NCBI GenBank assembly: GCA_037441705.1
Contig: JBBIRR010000018.1
Span: forward strand, 1 to 64,000
DNA length: 64,000 bases
Direction: 5' to 3'
From: Ignavibacteriales bacterium
GTDB lineage: Bacteria; Bacteroidota; Ignavibacteria; UBA10030; UBA6906
The translations under genes and the position numbers were made by a program. How positions within the stretch are numbered: the stretch's first letter is position 1; each line of letters begins with the position of its first letter. Of this stretch, positions 1-10,217 are shown one piece after another. The notes under the pieces are model-generated. The model was given only the letters and a program-made list of their open reading frames with translations, was not told the DNA's origin and searched no databases.

Positions 1-2
1 TC

Positions 3-1922
3 GTTTCCGTCTCAGCGGCGCAGCAGGATTCGGCGGCCTACCGCGCTGCTACTGCCCTGACGCAATCGGAGGAAAGACTGCGTGCGCTCGAGAAGTTTGT
101 GGCCGACTATCCTCAGAGCAAATTGCTGCCGAGAGCATACGACGGGTTGTTCGAGTTGTACGTTGCTCGCGGCCGTGAAGCCGATGCGGTGCATGCCGCG
201 GTCGGCTCGCTTGCGACTGTTCCGCCCGATGCGCGCATGAGTCCCTACAACCGCTTCGCGTACGCGCTCGCCGAACGCGGCGTGGCGCTCGATTCGGCCC
301 TCGTCTGGATTGACCGCTCGATCGAAATTGCCGAACGAACAACGTCGCGCAACCTTCCGGCCTATCAGGACACGAAAGCGTACGTACTCTATAAGCAGGG
401 GAAACCCGTAGAAGCCGAATCGCTTCAGCGCATCGCCATCAAGGGGCATGAGGACGATCCCGAATTCCTCGCCCATCTTGCTTTGTATGAACGCGCGAAC
501 AGGAAGCTGAGCGATGCGCTGGCAACCATGGTACAAGCACTCTACTACGGCGGCGAGCCGGAAGTGAAAGAGGATTTTCTTCGCTGGCTTGATGACCTTG
601 AGACGGGGAAGCGTGAGGAACTCAAGAAATCCGTCGTCCTGACGACGCTGCACTCGTTGACCGATACACTGATGGGGAAGCGGTTCGTTGCCGCACGCAG
701 CCGCTGTGCCATGGTGATGGCTGATGTGGGTGTTGAGCTGGACACGGCGCAGCGGTGGGCGGAAGCAGCCGTGAAGACTCTGGATAACACTTCTTCGCTG
801 GATGAAATGATCACGTTTCGGCAAAGTCTTGCGCTCGTGCTCTCAGCCCAAGGCAAACGGAGCGAAGCCCTGAGGCACCTCCGTTCGATCGAAAACCTCG
901 TGGACCCGTACGATGCGCGCTTCTGGTTGACACTCGGGCAGATGTATGAACAGGCAGGAGACAGCGGGAGGGCCGAGACGGCGTACATGAGTGGACTTGT
1001 TGCGCGCAATGAGAATCGGTTGCGAACGGCGCTGGAAACGCTCTACGCCAGGCGCCGAGGCTCATTGGCCGGCCTCGATGCTGCACTCGATTCTGTGAAG
1101 AGAGAAAGCAGCGAGTTTCATGCAGGAACATACGGCAGGACCACAACCCCCAACGGCAAAGTCATCCTTGCCGAGCTGTTCACCGGTGCCGAGTGCGGGC
1201 CATGCGTCGGTTCCGACCTCGCCTTCGATGCACTCAGCGAATACTACCCGCGCACGGTGCTTGCCATCGTCGAGTATCATGTCCACATTCCCGGTCCCGA
1301 CCCGATGACGACGGATGAGTCGTGGGACCGTTACACGTGGTACGAGGGGCAAGGGACGCCGACGGTAGTCATTGATGGACGTGAGCGTATCCTTGGCGGC
1401 GGACCGAAGACGGTGACGAAGAATCGCTTCCACGTGTATCGCTATGCCATTGGGAAGTTTGAGTCGGAGAAACCGCGCGCAACACTTGCGCTTGCGGCGG
1501 CACTGCGCAAGGATACGGTCGTCGTTGATATAAACGTGCAGCGAGTCGGGAAGGATTCGTTGAAGCACGCGGCGCTTCACATTGCATTGCTCGAGCGCTC
1601 GGTGGACTACACCGGCGCCAACGGCATCGCGCGCCACGCCTTTGTCGTGCGACGGATGTTCGACAGTGCACAGGGCATGCCGCTGACGTTCAACGGCTCG
1701 GCCCAACGGATCGCGAAATCACTTTCTCTTGCCGACGTCGAGACAGCGATCAGGAGCTACCTCGACAATCCCACGGCGCAGCGCTCGTGGTCCTACCGAC
1801 GCGCGTTCGCCGGCTGGCGTGCGCGCCCCGAACGCCTCAACCGCGCCAACCTCGCCGTCGTCGCGTGGCTGCAAGACATGAACACGAAGGAAGTGCTGCA
1901 GGCGGTGTACAGGGAGTTGTAG
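3..1922 (+). CDS. Exported TPR-repeat protein with C-terminal thioredoxin-like CxxC domain (5'-truncated by window edge)
   Basis: Frame open from nt 3 (VSVSAA|QQD, end of a signal peptide); helical TPR-like repeats; LAELFTGAECGPC and GTPT thioredoxin-fold motifs (Omp28/DUF1223-like). Confidence 0.7.
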   Translation, partial: VSVSAAQQDSAAYRAATALTQSEERLRALEKFVADYPQSKLLPRAYDGLFELYVARGREADAVHAAVGSLATVPPDARMSPYNRFAYALAERGVALDSALVWIDRSIEIAERTTSRNLPAYQDTKAYVLYKQGKPVEAESLQRIAIKGHEDDPEFLAHLALYERANRKLSDALATMVQALYYGGEPEVKEDFLRWLDDLETGKREELKKSVVLTTLHSLTDTLMGKRFVAARSRCAMVMADVGVELDTAQRWAEAAVKTLDNTSSLDEMITFRQSLALVLSAQGKRSEALRHLRSIENLVDPYDARFWLTLGQMYEQAGDSGRAETAYMSGLVARNENRLRTALETLYARRRGSLAGLDAALDSVKRESSEFHAGTYGRTTTPNGKVILAELFTGAECGPCVGSDLAFDALSEYYPRTVLAIVEYHVHIPGPDPMTTDESWDRYTWYEGQGTPTVVIDGRERILGGGPKTVTKNRFHVYRYAIGKFESEKPRATLALAAALRKDTVVVDINVQRVGKDSLKHAALHIALLERSVDYTGANGIARHAFVVRRMFDSAQGMPLTFNGSAQRIAKSLSLADVETAIRSYLDNPTAQRSWSYRRAFAGWRARPERLNRANLAVVAWLQDMNTKEVLQAVYREL

Positions 1923-1926
1923 GAGC

Positions 1927-3198
1927 TCAGTCTGTTGCCTGCGTTGTGGTTTTCCAGGAACGAATATACGTCACCACCGCTTTGAGCTGATCCTCCGACA
2001 GCGTCTTCGCGAAGCCCGGCATACGCAGGCCGAGGTTCCCTTCGCGAACAAACTCGATCAACTCACCGTCCGACAGGCTCGGTGCGACTTCAGCCAGCAC
2101 GACGTTCGTCGGCGCTGCGCCTTTACCTTCCGTCCCGTGACATGCAGCGCATGTGGAGTTGAAAAGCGCTTCCCCTCTTACCAACGGATCGGAGGAAACC
2201 GCGCTGCCTGCATACGTCCTCGCGGGCGTTGTGCGGCGCACGGGCGGAATCGAGCGCAAATAAGCATACACGGCTTTCAGCTCAAGCGTATCCCATAAGC
2301 CGTAGTAGGCGTAGGGCATGTGCCCGGATCGCACAATTCCATCAGGCCCGACGCCGGTTCGCAGGACAGTCATGAACTCCTCCTCCGACCACGAACCGAT
2401 GCCCGTCTCCACATCGGGTGTGAGGTTGGGGGCGTAGGCCAGTACAGCCGAACCGTCATCGTCGCCGTAGCGGAAGGAGCTGCCTGCCAGGAGACTGTCG
2501 TAATAGAACGATCCGTCCTGCAGGTTGCGCGGCGTGTGACAGTCGGAACACAACGATGCATGCTTCGCCACGTACTCGCCGTACGTCGTCGTTATGCCGC
2601 GCGCAGGAGCAACAACCGGCTCCGTGCGTTCCTTCGCCGGACCGATGATGCCGAATGTCATCAGGGTTTTGACAAAGAGGGACGGTTCCCGTCGCGGAAC
2701 AAGGTTTTTCACGGGAGGCAGGCTGCGCAAGTACGCGACAATCGCCAGCGCATCCTCATCCGAAAGTCCGTTCAACGGATCAACAGGCATGATGGGGAAA
2801 AGAACTCTTCCATCGTTCCGGACGCCTTCGCGAATGGCACGCACGATCTCGCCGTCGGTCCAACCTCCGATGCCGGTTTCAGCATCGGGGGTGATGTTCG
2901 CGGCGTAGTAAACGCCGAGACTGGGACTGAGGACCGTCAGGTCAAATTTCCTGCCGCCGCTCGGTGCAGCACGATCGCCGTCATTGCTGTGACACGACCA
3001 GCAGCCGATGGATTTCGTGTACAGGAATTTTCCGCGTGCAATCGTCGCCGAGTCTCGCGGCGCGATCATGTTCGGAACAGTGCGGCTCACCGTGCCGTCC
3101 CAACGAAATGCTGCGTAGCCGACAAGGCCGAAGAGAATCACAACCAACGCGGCTACAACGAGGCCGCCAATCTTGAACACAGTACGAAGCGTATTCAT
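1927..3198 (-). CDS. Membrane-anchored triheme cytochrome c
   Basis: Three CxxCH motifs (CWSCH, CSDCH, CAACH), repeated NITPD/NLTPD.ETGIG.W motifs, N-terminal TM helix; start reassigned to MNTLR. Confidence 0.85.
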   Translation of the reverse strand: MNTLRTVFKIGGLVVAALVVILFGLVGYAAFRWDGTVSRTVPNMIAPRDSATIARGKFLYTKSIGCWSCHSNDGDRAAPSGGRKFDLTVLSPSLGVYYAANITPDAETGIGGWTDGEIVRAIREGVRNDGRVLFPIMPVDPLNGLSDEDALAIVAYLRSLPPVKNLVPRREPSLFVKTLMTFGIIGPAKERTEPVVAPARGITTTYGEYVAKHASLCSDCHTPRNLQDGSFYYDSLLAGSSFRYGDDDGSAVLAYAPNLTPDVETGIGSWSEEEFMTVLRTGVGPDGIVRSGHMPYAYYGLWDTLELKAVYAYLRSIPPVRRTTPARTYAGSAVSSDPLVRGEALFNSTCAACHGTEGKGAAPTNVVLAEVAPSLSDGELIEFVREGNLGLRMPGFAKTLSEDQLKAVVTYIRSWKTTTQATD

Positions 3199-3363
3199 GC
3201 ATACACCCTTGAGGTTGTTTGTTTGGACTACATGATATGGAAGGGGTGCGTATCTCCTACATGTTTGTGTAGGGTTGCTTTTCTCTCCTGAACGTAGTAG
3301 CTTCTCTGAGCGCTGCAAGATAGTGCTTGCCCACTTCGTCACACACAATCAGGTCCAATCCCT

Positions 3364-3783
3364 ATGAATCCCATTATCCGAAACATTCTTGCGGCAGTTG
3401 CCGGCATCGTTGTCGGCAGTGTTGTGAACATGGGAATCATCAGCGTCGGCGGTTCCATCATCCCGCCTCCTGAAGGAGCCGACGTGAGAACGATGGAGGG
3501 ACTGAAAGCGTCCATGAGTTTGTTTGAACCCAAACATTTCCTGATGCCCTTCCTCGCTCACGCGCTCGGGACGTTTGTCGGCGCACTCACGGCGGCTGCG
3601 CTCGCGGCAAGTCATAAGATGAAATTTGCACTGGGTGTCGGCATCTTCTTTCTGATGGGAGGCATCCTCAACGTGATGATGCTTCCTTCGCCGGTGTGGT
3701 TTTCCACTGTGGACCTGGTCGGCGCGTATGTGCCGATGGGGTGGTTGGCGGGAAGGATCGCCGCGAACCGTGCTCACCAATGA
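3364..3783 (+). CDS. Hypothetical 4-TM membrane protein
   Basis: 139-aa hydrophobic ORF with a plausible start. Confidence 0.75.
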   Translation: MNPIIRNILAAVAGIVVGSVVNMGIISVGGSIIPPPEGADVRTMEGLKASMSLFEPKHFLMPFLAHALGTFVGALTAAALAASHKMKFALGVGIFFLMGGILNVMMLPSPVWFSTVDLVGAYVPMGWLAGRIAANRAHQ

Positions 3784-3958
3784 GTGCGGCTGCATCTATC
3801 CGTTGAGACCTGCCGCCTCATGTTCTTCACGCGAGATGGGACGCGATGACGGGTAACGGATTTCAAAACCGCGATCATCGGTTCGAACACGCCGAGCGAA
3901 GGTGATATACTATCAGAGACTCTTCCATCCTGCCCATGCCACCATCTGAGCCTGTTCT

Positions 3959-5665
3959 ATGCCCGACGATCTGGCAACAAGGCGCATGACGAAGCTGCGT
4001 ATCGTGCTCGTCTCGATGTTTGTTTTTGCGGCAACGATGCTGACGTTTGTCAACGCCGTGCACGCCGACTTTGTGAACTGGGACGATGATGTGTACGTGA
4101 CGTCGAATCCCAGGGTCCAGCATCTTACGCCGGATACCGTGGCCTGGATGTTCACGCATCCTTATTACTATGCGTGGACCCCGCTGACTCTCCTCTCACA
4201 CGCGCTCGATGTCGCGGTGTGGGAGATGAACCCCTTCGGGCACCATCTCACCAACGTCGTCCTGCACGCCTTCAATGCGGTCTGGTTGTTCTGGGTGGGG
4301 ATGCTTGTCTTCGCGCGAACGCACAGCGAGCGGTCTGGTTCGCCCGTACTGCTGGAGCGCATCACTGCTGCGATGATCGTCGGAAGTGCCATTGCCGCGC
4401 TTCTGTTCGCAACGCATCCCTTGCGCGTGGAGCCTGTGGCGTGGGTGTCGGGACGGAAAGATCTGCTCTGTGTGTTTTTCCTCTTGCCTGCATTCGGGGC
4501 GTATCTCCTCTGGCGGTTCAAAGAGATAGAGGCGTACCTCGTAGCCGTGCATGTGCTGTTCGCGCTCGCTCTCATGTCGAAGCCGCTTGCAGTCGTGTTT
4601 CCGTTCGTTCTGGTGATGCTCGATGCGTGGTGGCTGCACGATCCATCAAAGAAACCCGATCTTCTTTCTGTGGTGGTCGAAGGGAAGCTGCTGCTGTTCC
4701 TGATGAGCATTGTCGTAGCGGTCGTAACGTTTATCGGCGCAGGGCGCGGTCCGGCCAACGTCGTCGGAGAGTTGACGCTTATCGATCGGTTTTTCCTCCC
4801 AACGTATGCTATCGCGTTCTATCTCTGGAAAACCATCGTGCCGCTGGATCTTTCGCCGGTGTATCCCGATGTGCCGCGGGCGTGGCTGTATGTGTCGGGA
4901 TTGCTGTTTGTGGGAATAACGTATGGTTGTTTGGTGTTGATGGGGAAACAGCGGGCGGGGGCTGCGCTGGCGTTCTTCACGTACGTTGCGTTGCTGCTGC
5001 CGGTGTTCCTCGGCCTTGCTTCGGGCGCACAGCCCATTGCCGATCGGTACACGTACATTTCGATGATCAGCATCTTCCTGTTTGTCGGCGGTTGTGCTTA
5101 CTGGGTGTGGAGTACGTCTGCCGCTTCGCCGGGGAAGTGGTATCGGCGAGAAGCCCTTGCCTTCGTCCTCCTGCTGCTCTGCGGTATCAGCGCGTATCGC
5201 ACCATCCGTCATCTTGCGATCTGGAACAACAGCGTGTCGCTGTGGTCCCACGCCGTACGCTACGCACCGACGACGCCGCAGGAGTACGAACGGCGGCGTC
5301 CGTATCTCCGCCCTCACTATCCGGATGCGTTCACGAACCTCGGCACGGCGTACTACTACGCGGGCGATGCGGAGAAAGCCATGGAGCAGTTTCACCACAT
5401 CCTCACGTTCGACACGTGCAACGCCGACGCGCATTACAATCTGGGCACGTTAGAGTACGAGCGCGGCAATCCGGAGGCATCGAAACAGCGGTTCGAGCGT
5501 GCCGTTGCCTGCGACTCCACGTACGCTAAGGCATACTACAACCTCGGCATCATCTACGCCAAGCGCGACAGTACCGCGCAGGCGCTTGCCATGTTCCAAA
5601 AGGCCGCGCGGCTGGGCATGCTCGACGCCCAGCGTGTGCTCGGTGCGAGCGGGTACAGGTGGTAG
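3959..5665 (+). CDS. GT-C membrane glycosyltransferase with C-terminal TPRs (TMTC-like)
   Basis: FVNWDD, HPLRVEPVAWVSGRKDLL, ALMSKP and ADRYTY motifs, many TM helices, TPRs (AHYNLG, AYYNLG); start may be 3986. Confidence 0.8.
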   Translation: MPDDLATRRMTKLRIVLVSMFVFAATMLTFVNAVHADFVNWDDDVYVTSNPRVQHLTPDTVAWMFTHPYYYAWTPLTLLSHALDVAVWEMNPFGHHLTNVVLHAFNAVWLFWVGMLVFARTHSERSGSPVLLERITAAMIVGSAIAALLFATHPLRVEPVAWVSGRKDLLCVFFLLPAFGAYLLWRFKEIEAYLVAVHVLFALALMSKPLAVVFPFVLVMLDAWWLHDPSKKPDLLSVVVEGKLLLFLMSIVVAVVTFIGAGRGPANVVGELTLIDRFFLPTYAIAFYLWKTIVPLDLSPVYPDVPRAWLYVSGLLFVGITYGCLVLMGKQRAGAALAFFTYVALLLPVFLGLASGAQPIADRYTYISMISIFLFVGGCAYWVWSTSAASPGKWYRREALAFVLLLLCGISAYRTIRHLAIWNNSVSLWSHAVRYAPTTPQEYERRRPYLRPHYPDAFTNLGTAYYYAGDAEKAMEQFHHILTFDTCNADAHYNLGTLEYERGNPEASKQRFERAVACDSTYAKAYYNLGIIYAKRDSTAQALAMFQKAARLGMLDAQRVLGASGYRW

Positions 5666-5778
5666 CGGAACCTCGGTTCCTTCCTACGCAAAAAAACTAT
5701 AGCAAGATTCTCATTCTCGAAGTATATTGGTCTAACAAGCAACTGTTCTTTGGTTCATTCAGGCGAGGAGTACGTTCT

Positions 5779-7224
5779 ATGAGATACGCTTGGGTCGTGG
5801 CGGTAGCCGTTCTCGGTATTGGCGCAGCACAGTCTCAGTATAGCTGGCAGCCGGCGTTTCCGAATCTTCCCACCTTCAATTATCCTGTCGAGCTTGTCCA
5901 TTCCGGCGATGGAACCAATCGGTTGTTCATCGTCCAGCAGCGCGGCATCATTTATGTCATCAACAATAACCCCAATGTCAGCACGCGGAAGGTGTTTCTC
6001 AACATTTCCGATCGCGTCTCGCAATCCGGCAGCGAGACGGGGCTGTTAGGACTTGCATTCCATCCGAACTACGAAACCAACGGCTACTTCTATGTAAACT
6101 ACACGGGCGGCACATCGCTCACCACCTACATTGCACGCTATCAGGTCAGTGCAACAAACCCCGACTCGGCGGTGAAAGAGAGTGAGCTGATTCTGCTCAC
6201 GGTCGCGCAGCCCTACTCCAACCATAACGGAGGGAAGGTGGCTTTCGGACCCGACGGGTATCTGTACATTGGTTTGGGAGATGGCGGTTCGGCAAACGAT
6301 CCCGGCAACCGCGCGCAGAACCGAGCCGTGATTCTCGGCAAACTCCTGCGCATCAACGTGGACAGCACCGAAGGTTCCCTCAACTACGCGATCCCTCCCA
6401 CCAATCCTTTCTATCGCAATCCCAATGGCTGGCGCGAAGAAATCTACGCCTACGGGCTGCGCAACCCGTGGAAGTTCAGCTTCGATCCCGTGACCAACTG
6501 GTTGTGGCTGGGCGATGTGGGGCAGGATTCGCGCGAAGAGATCGACATCATCGTCAGCGGCGGCAACTACGGCTGGCGCTTGATGGAAGGATTCATCTGC
6601 AACCCAACGGTCAACCCGCAGTGTCAGGACACGGCGGGCCTTCTTCGTCCGATCTGGGATTATCCGAACTCCGGTCCCGATCAATCCATCACCGGCGGCT
6701 ACGTTTATCGCGGCAGCCCCATTCCCTCTTTGGTGGGAAAGTACATCTACGGCGACTACGGCTCCGGCAAGACGTGGGCGTTAACCTACGACGGCATCAA
6801 TCCTCCCACGAACCAATTGCTGACCGACGAGACGTTTCTCATCTCCTCCTTCGGCGTTGATGAGAACAATGACATGTATTTGTTGGAGTATAGCTCGACG
6901 AACGGGCGCATCAGAAAACTGACCGGCCCCTCGAATGATGTCGGCGAAAGCACGACGCCCGCGCGCTTCACGCTGGAGCAGAACTACCCGAATCCGTTTA
7001 ACCCGACCACGATCATCGGATTCGCGATCGAGCGTTCAGCGTTCGTCTCGCTGAAGGTGTATGATCTACTCGGCCGAGAGGTTGCCACTCTTGTTGAAGA
7101 GGTGAGGCAGCCCGGCGCGCATCAGATTGTTTTCCGTGCCGACGGACTTCCCAGCGGGATGTATTTCTACCGATTGCGTTCGGGGAGTTTTGCCGAGACG
7201 AAGAAAATGGTCGTGATGCGCTGA
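5779..7224 (+). CDS. PQQ-dependent glucose/sorbosone dehydrogenase family protein with T9SS type A CTD
   Basis: NHNGG, FGPDGYLYIGLGDGG and YAYGLRNPWKFSFD motifs; C-terminal [11 protein letters not shown]...KKMVVMR; GGAG RBS. Confidence 0.88.
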   Translation: MRYAWVVAVAVLGIGAAQSQYSWQPAFPNLPTFNYPVELVHSGDGTNRLFIVQQRGIIYVINNNPNVSTRKVFLNISDRVSQSGSETGLLGLAFHPNYETNGYFYVNYTGGTSLTTYIARYQVSATNPDSAVKESELILLTVAQPYSNHNGGKVAFGPDGYLYIGLGDGGSANDPGNRAQNRAVILGKLLRINVDSTEGSLNYAIPPTNPFYRNPNGWREEIYAYGLRNPWKFSFDPVTNWLWLGDVGQDSREEIDIIVSGGNYGWRLMEGFICNPTVNPQCQDTAGLLRPIWDYPNSGPDQSITGGYVYRGSPIPSLVGKYIYGDYGSGKTWALTYDGINPPTNQLLTDETFLISSFGVDENNDMYLLEYSSTNGRIRKLTGPSNDVGESTTPARFTLEQNYPNPFNPTTIIGFAIERSAFVSLKVYDLLGREVATLVEEVRQPGAHQIVFRADGLPSGMYFYRLRSGSFAETKKMVVMR

Positions 7225-7283
7225 GGGCAACCGTCCTTTCTCCAATTTTTGTATTATGTGGGCAAGAATGATTTCTTGCCCGC

Positions 7284-10217
7284 ATGACTGCATCAGCATT
7301 TCCCTTTCAGGCCTTTGCCGAGCCTGAGCGCTCGCTGCGCTCGGTGGCGAAGCTGCACGAGGTGTTCATCACATCCGGCACCACCTACGCCGTCGAGCAT
7401 TTTTCCCGCGCGCTTGCTTCGTCGTTGGAAACCCTTCCCGATCCCGACCGCGGCGCGACGAACCTGCTGCGGTTTGTCGAGGCAACGCTGAGTCCATCGT
7501 CTCTCTTCCACGATCTCCTTGCCTATCCCGTGCTGATGGATGTGCTGATGAAGATGCTTTCCAGCTCTCAATACTTTGCCGACATTCTGGTACGTGACCC
7601 GGAGCTGTTTCGGTGGCTTACGGCGTCGGATGCACTCGTGCGACCGAGGACGAAGGAGGCTCTGCGCGCGGAGGTGGAACGAACGATGCGACTGTTCCAG
7701 AAGCCGGAGCGCAAGTTAGACGGCTTGCGCAGACTCTACCGGCGCGAGATCCTTCGCATCGGTGCACGGGATGTGTTGGGCCAAGCCGATCTGGCGACGG
7801 TGACGCTGGAGCTGTCGCACCTGGCCGACGTGTTGATTGATGCGTCGTGCCGGATAGCGCAGCAGCAGGTGGGCGAGCGCTTTCCCCAAGCTCCTCCAAC
7901 ACCCTATGCCGTGATCGGATTGGGAAAGTTGGGCGGCCGCGAGTTGAACTACAGCTCCGATATTGACATCAATTTCGTGTATCATGATGAGGGGGAGTTG
8001 AAAGATGCCCGCGGCGTCACACGAACCTACCACGAGTATTTCAATGCCTTTGTCGAGAAGCTGGTACAGAATCTCTCATCCAGCTCTGTCGAGGGTCACC
8101 TGTATCGCGTCGATCTGCGATTGCGTCCGGAAGGAAGGATGAGTCCGCTGGCGCGTTCGCTGCAAAGCTACGTGCTCTATTATGAATCACGCGGAGAGTT
8201 GTGGGAACGCCAGATGCTGCTCAAAGCGCGCCCGGTGGCAGGCGATATGACCTTTGGAGAAGAATTCATCCGGCACCTCGAACCGTTTGTTTATCCCCGA
8301 ACATTTTTCCAGAACCCGAAAGAATACATTGCGCGGATCAAGGCACGGATTGAAGCGGCGGTTGCAGGCGAAGAAAACGTCAAGCTGCGCTCCGGAGGAA
8401 TACGAGACATCGAGTTCATCGTGCAAGCCCTGCAGTTGATCAATGGTGGAAAGAACCGGGCGATTCGGGCAACGAACACGCTGGAAGCAATCCGGCAACT
8501 TTTCGCGGCCGGGCTGCTGAGCGAAAGCGAACAACGGAAGCTCACCGAGGCATACGTATTCTTTCGAACGCTCGAGCATCGTCTTCAAACCATGCTGAAT
8601 ACACAAACCTCTGAGCTGCCCGAGGACGTTCGGCAGCGACAGATTGTAGCCAGAAAAATGGGGCTCGCGACCGCAGACGAGCTGGAGCGCCGAACCCAGT
8701 CACTGCTGATGGACGTGCGGACGATTTTCAACAGCGTGCTGAGTGTGGAAACAGGGCCTCCTGATGCAGAGCTAACGGCCGTGATTGATGGCGAGGCGGC
8801 AACAGAAACGACGGAGCGTCTGATGGGCGCGTTCGGCTTTCTCCATCCGCACAAGGCGGCGAAGAATCTCACCAGCATGGTCTTCGGCAGCAGTATGCTG
8901 GGAGTAAAGGAGTTGGATAACCGCGCACGCGAAGCGTTTCGGGCTGTTGTACGCGATCTGCTCCGCCAGGTGGCGCAAACCCCCAGTCCCGACATGACGC
9001 TGCAGAACCTTGCAGCTATCGCGACGGCACAGCCATTCCCCGAGCAATTCTACATGCAGCTTAAGGAAGAGAACTTCCGTCGGATGCTTCTTCGGATTTG
9101 CGCTGTAAGTCCACGCTTTGCCGTAGGGCTGGCACGCAGTCCGCTCATGTTGGAGACACTTGCAACCGACCCGAACGCGCTGATGGCGCGGCGCCGTGAA
9201 GCGGCTTTGTCGGCCGATGGTCTTGTAGCTCTCAAACATCAGGAAGAACTTCGCACAGGAATCCGCTACGTGCTGGAGGTGGCGAGCTTCGACGAGATGA
9301 CGGTGGAGCTTTCACACCTGGCGGACGTTGTGTTGCGCGGGACGCTTGAGGCAGCTCTCGGCGAGCAAACCGATCGGGCCGTTCCGCTGGCGGTGTTTGC
9401 TCTCGGGAAGTACGGGACCTGTGAGCTCATCTTCGATGCAGACCTGGATGTGGTCTTCGTTTGCGAGACGACATCCGGTGGGGCAAAGAACAAGGCCGAG
9501 AAGATTGCGACACACATTGTGCAGCGTCTCACGTCGGTTGGCGGGCCCGGCAAGCTCTATGACGTTGATGCGCGGCTGCGACCGGAGGGACGGAGTGCGC
9601 CGTTAGTTGTTGAGCGGCAAGCGTATCGCAGGTATCTTGCAAGCCGGGCATCGTTGTGGGAACGCCAATCGCTTACCCGCCTCCGTTTTGTTGCCGGTGA
9701 TGAGACCCTCGGTGCTGCGGTTGTAAAGGATGTTCAGGCTTTCGTTTTTGAGTCGCCCCTTCCGCAGCATTGGGTTCAGGACATCGTTGCGATGCGGAAG
9801 AGGATGGAGAAACGAAGCAAAGTGCGCGGCTCCGAGTTGCTAGACCTGAAACTCAGCGCCGGCGGAATGGTGGATGTCGAGTTCCTTGCCCAGATGCTTC
9901 AGTTGCGCTACGGCGGAAATCGCGCAGAGCTTCGTCACGGCAGGACGTGCGACGTCCTTCGGTCATTCTCTTCGTTCCTGAAGCTCGACCATGAGATCGA
10001 AGAGTTGATAGCAGCATACCGGCTCCTTCGAAGCGTCGAAACATTGGTGCGGATAACGCTGGAGGAACGCGGCACAGTTCTTCCTGACGGAGAGAAGTTG
10101 GACGTGCTGGCAAAGCTGCTCCAGTTTCCAGAAGGGGAAACGTTCCGGCGCCATCTTCGCACGCTGATGAAAAAAGTTCACCAGATGTTTCTCACAACAG
10201 CCGACCGTCTTGCATGA
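7284..10217 (+). CDS. glnE: Glutamine synthetase adenylyltransferase/deadenylase
   Basis: Two nucleotidyltransferase halves (LGKLGGRELNYSSDID; LGKYGTCELIFDADLD), VDLRLRPEG, GGIRDIEF. Confidence 0.93.
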   Translation: MTASAFPFQAFAEPERSLRSVAKLHEVFITSGTTYAVEHFSRALASSLETLPDPDRGATNLLRFVEATLSPSSLFHDLLAYPVLMDVLMKMLSSSQYFADILVRDPELFRWLTASDALVRPRTKEALRAEVERTMRLFQKPERKLDGLRRLYRREILRIGARDVLGQADLATVTLELSHLADVLIDASCRIAQQQVGERFPQAPPTPYAVIGLGKLGGRELNYSSDIDINFVYHDEGELKDARGVTRTYHEYFNAFVEKLVQNLSSSSVEGHLYRVDLRLRPEGRMSPLARSLQSYVLYYESRGELWERQMLLKARPVAGDMTFGEEFIRHLEPFVYPRTFFQNPKEYIARIKARIEAAVAGEENVKLRSGGIRDIEFIVQALQLINGGKNRAIRATNTLEAIRQLFAAGLLSESEQRKLTEAYVFFRTLEHRLQTMLNTQTSELPEDVRQRQIVARKMGLATADELERRTQSLLMDVRTIFNSVLSVETGPPDAELTAVIDGEAATETTERLMGAFGFLHPHKAAKNLTSMVFGSSMLGVKELDNRAREAFRAVVRDLLRQVAQTPSPDMTLQNLAAIATAQPFPEQFYMQLKEENFRRMLLRICAVSPRFAVGLARSPLMLETLATDPNALMARRREAALSADGLVALKHQEELRTGIRYVLEVASFDEMTVELSHLADVVLRGTLEAALGEQTDRAVPLAVFALGKYGTCELIFDADLDVVFVCETTSGGAKNKAEKIATHIVQRLTSVGGPGKLYDVDARLRPEGRSAPLVVERQAYRRYLASRASLWERQSLTRLRFVAGDETLGAAVVKDVQAFVFESPLPQHWVQDIVAMRKRMEKRSKVRGSELLDLKLSAGGMVDVEFLAQMLQLRYGGNRAELRHGRTCDVLRSFSSFLKLDHEIEELIAAYRLLRSVETLVRITLEERGTVLPDGEKLDVLAKLLQFPEGETFRRHLRTLMKKVHQMFLTTADRLA

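Noticed and set aside
1927-3198. Triheme cytochrome as part of a dehydrogenase complex with the PQQ enzyme at 5779
   Set aside because: Opposite strands, not adjacent, and the PQQ protein is predicted to be surface-secreted; no direct support
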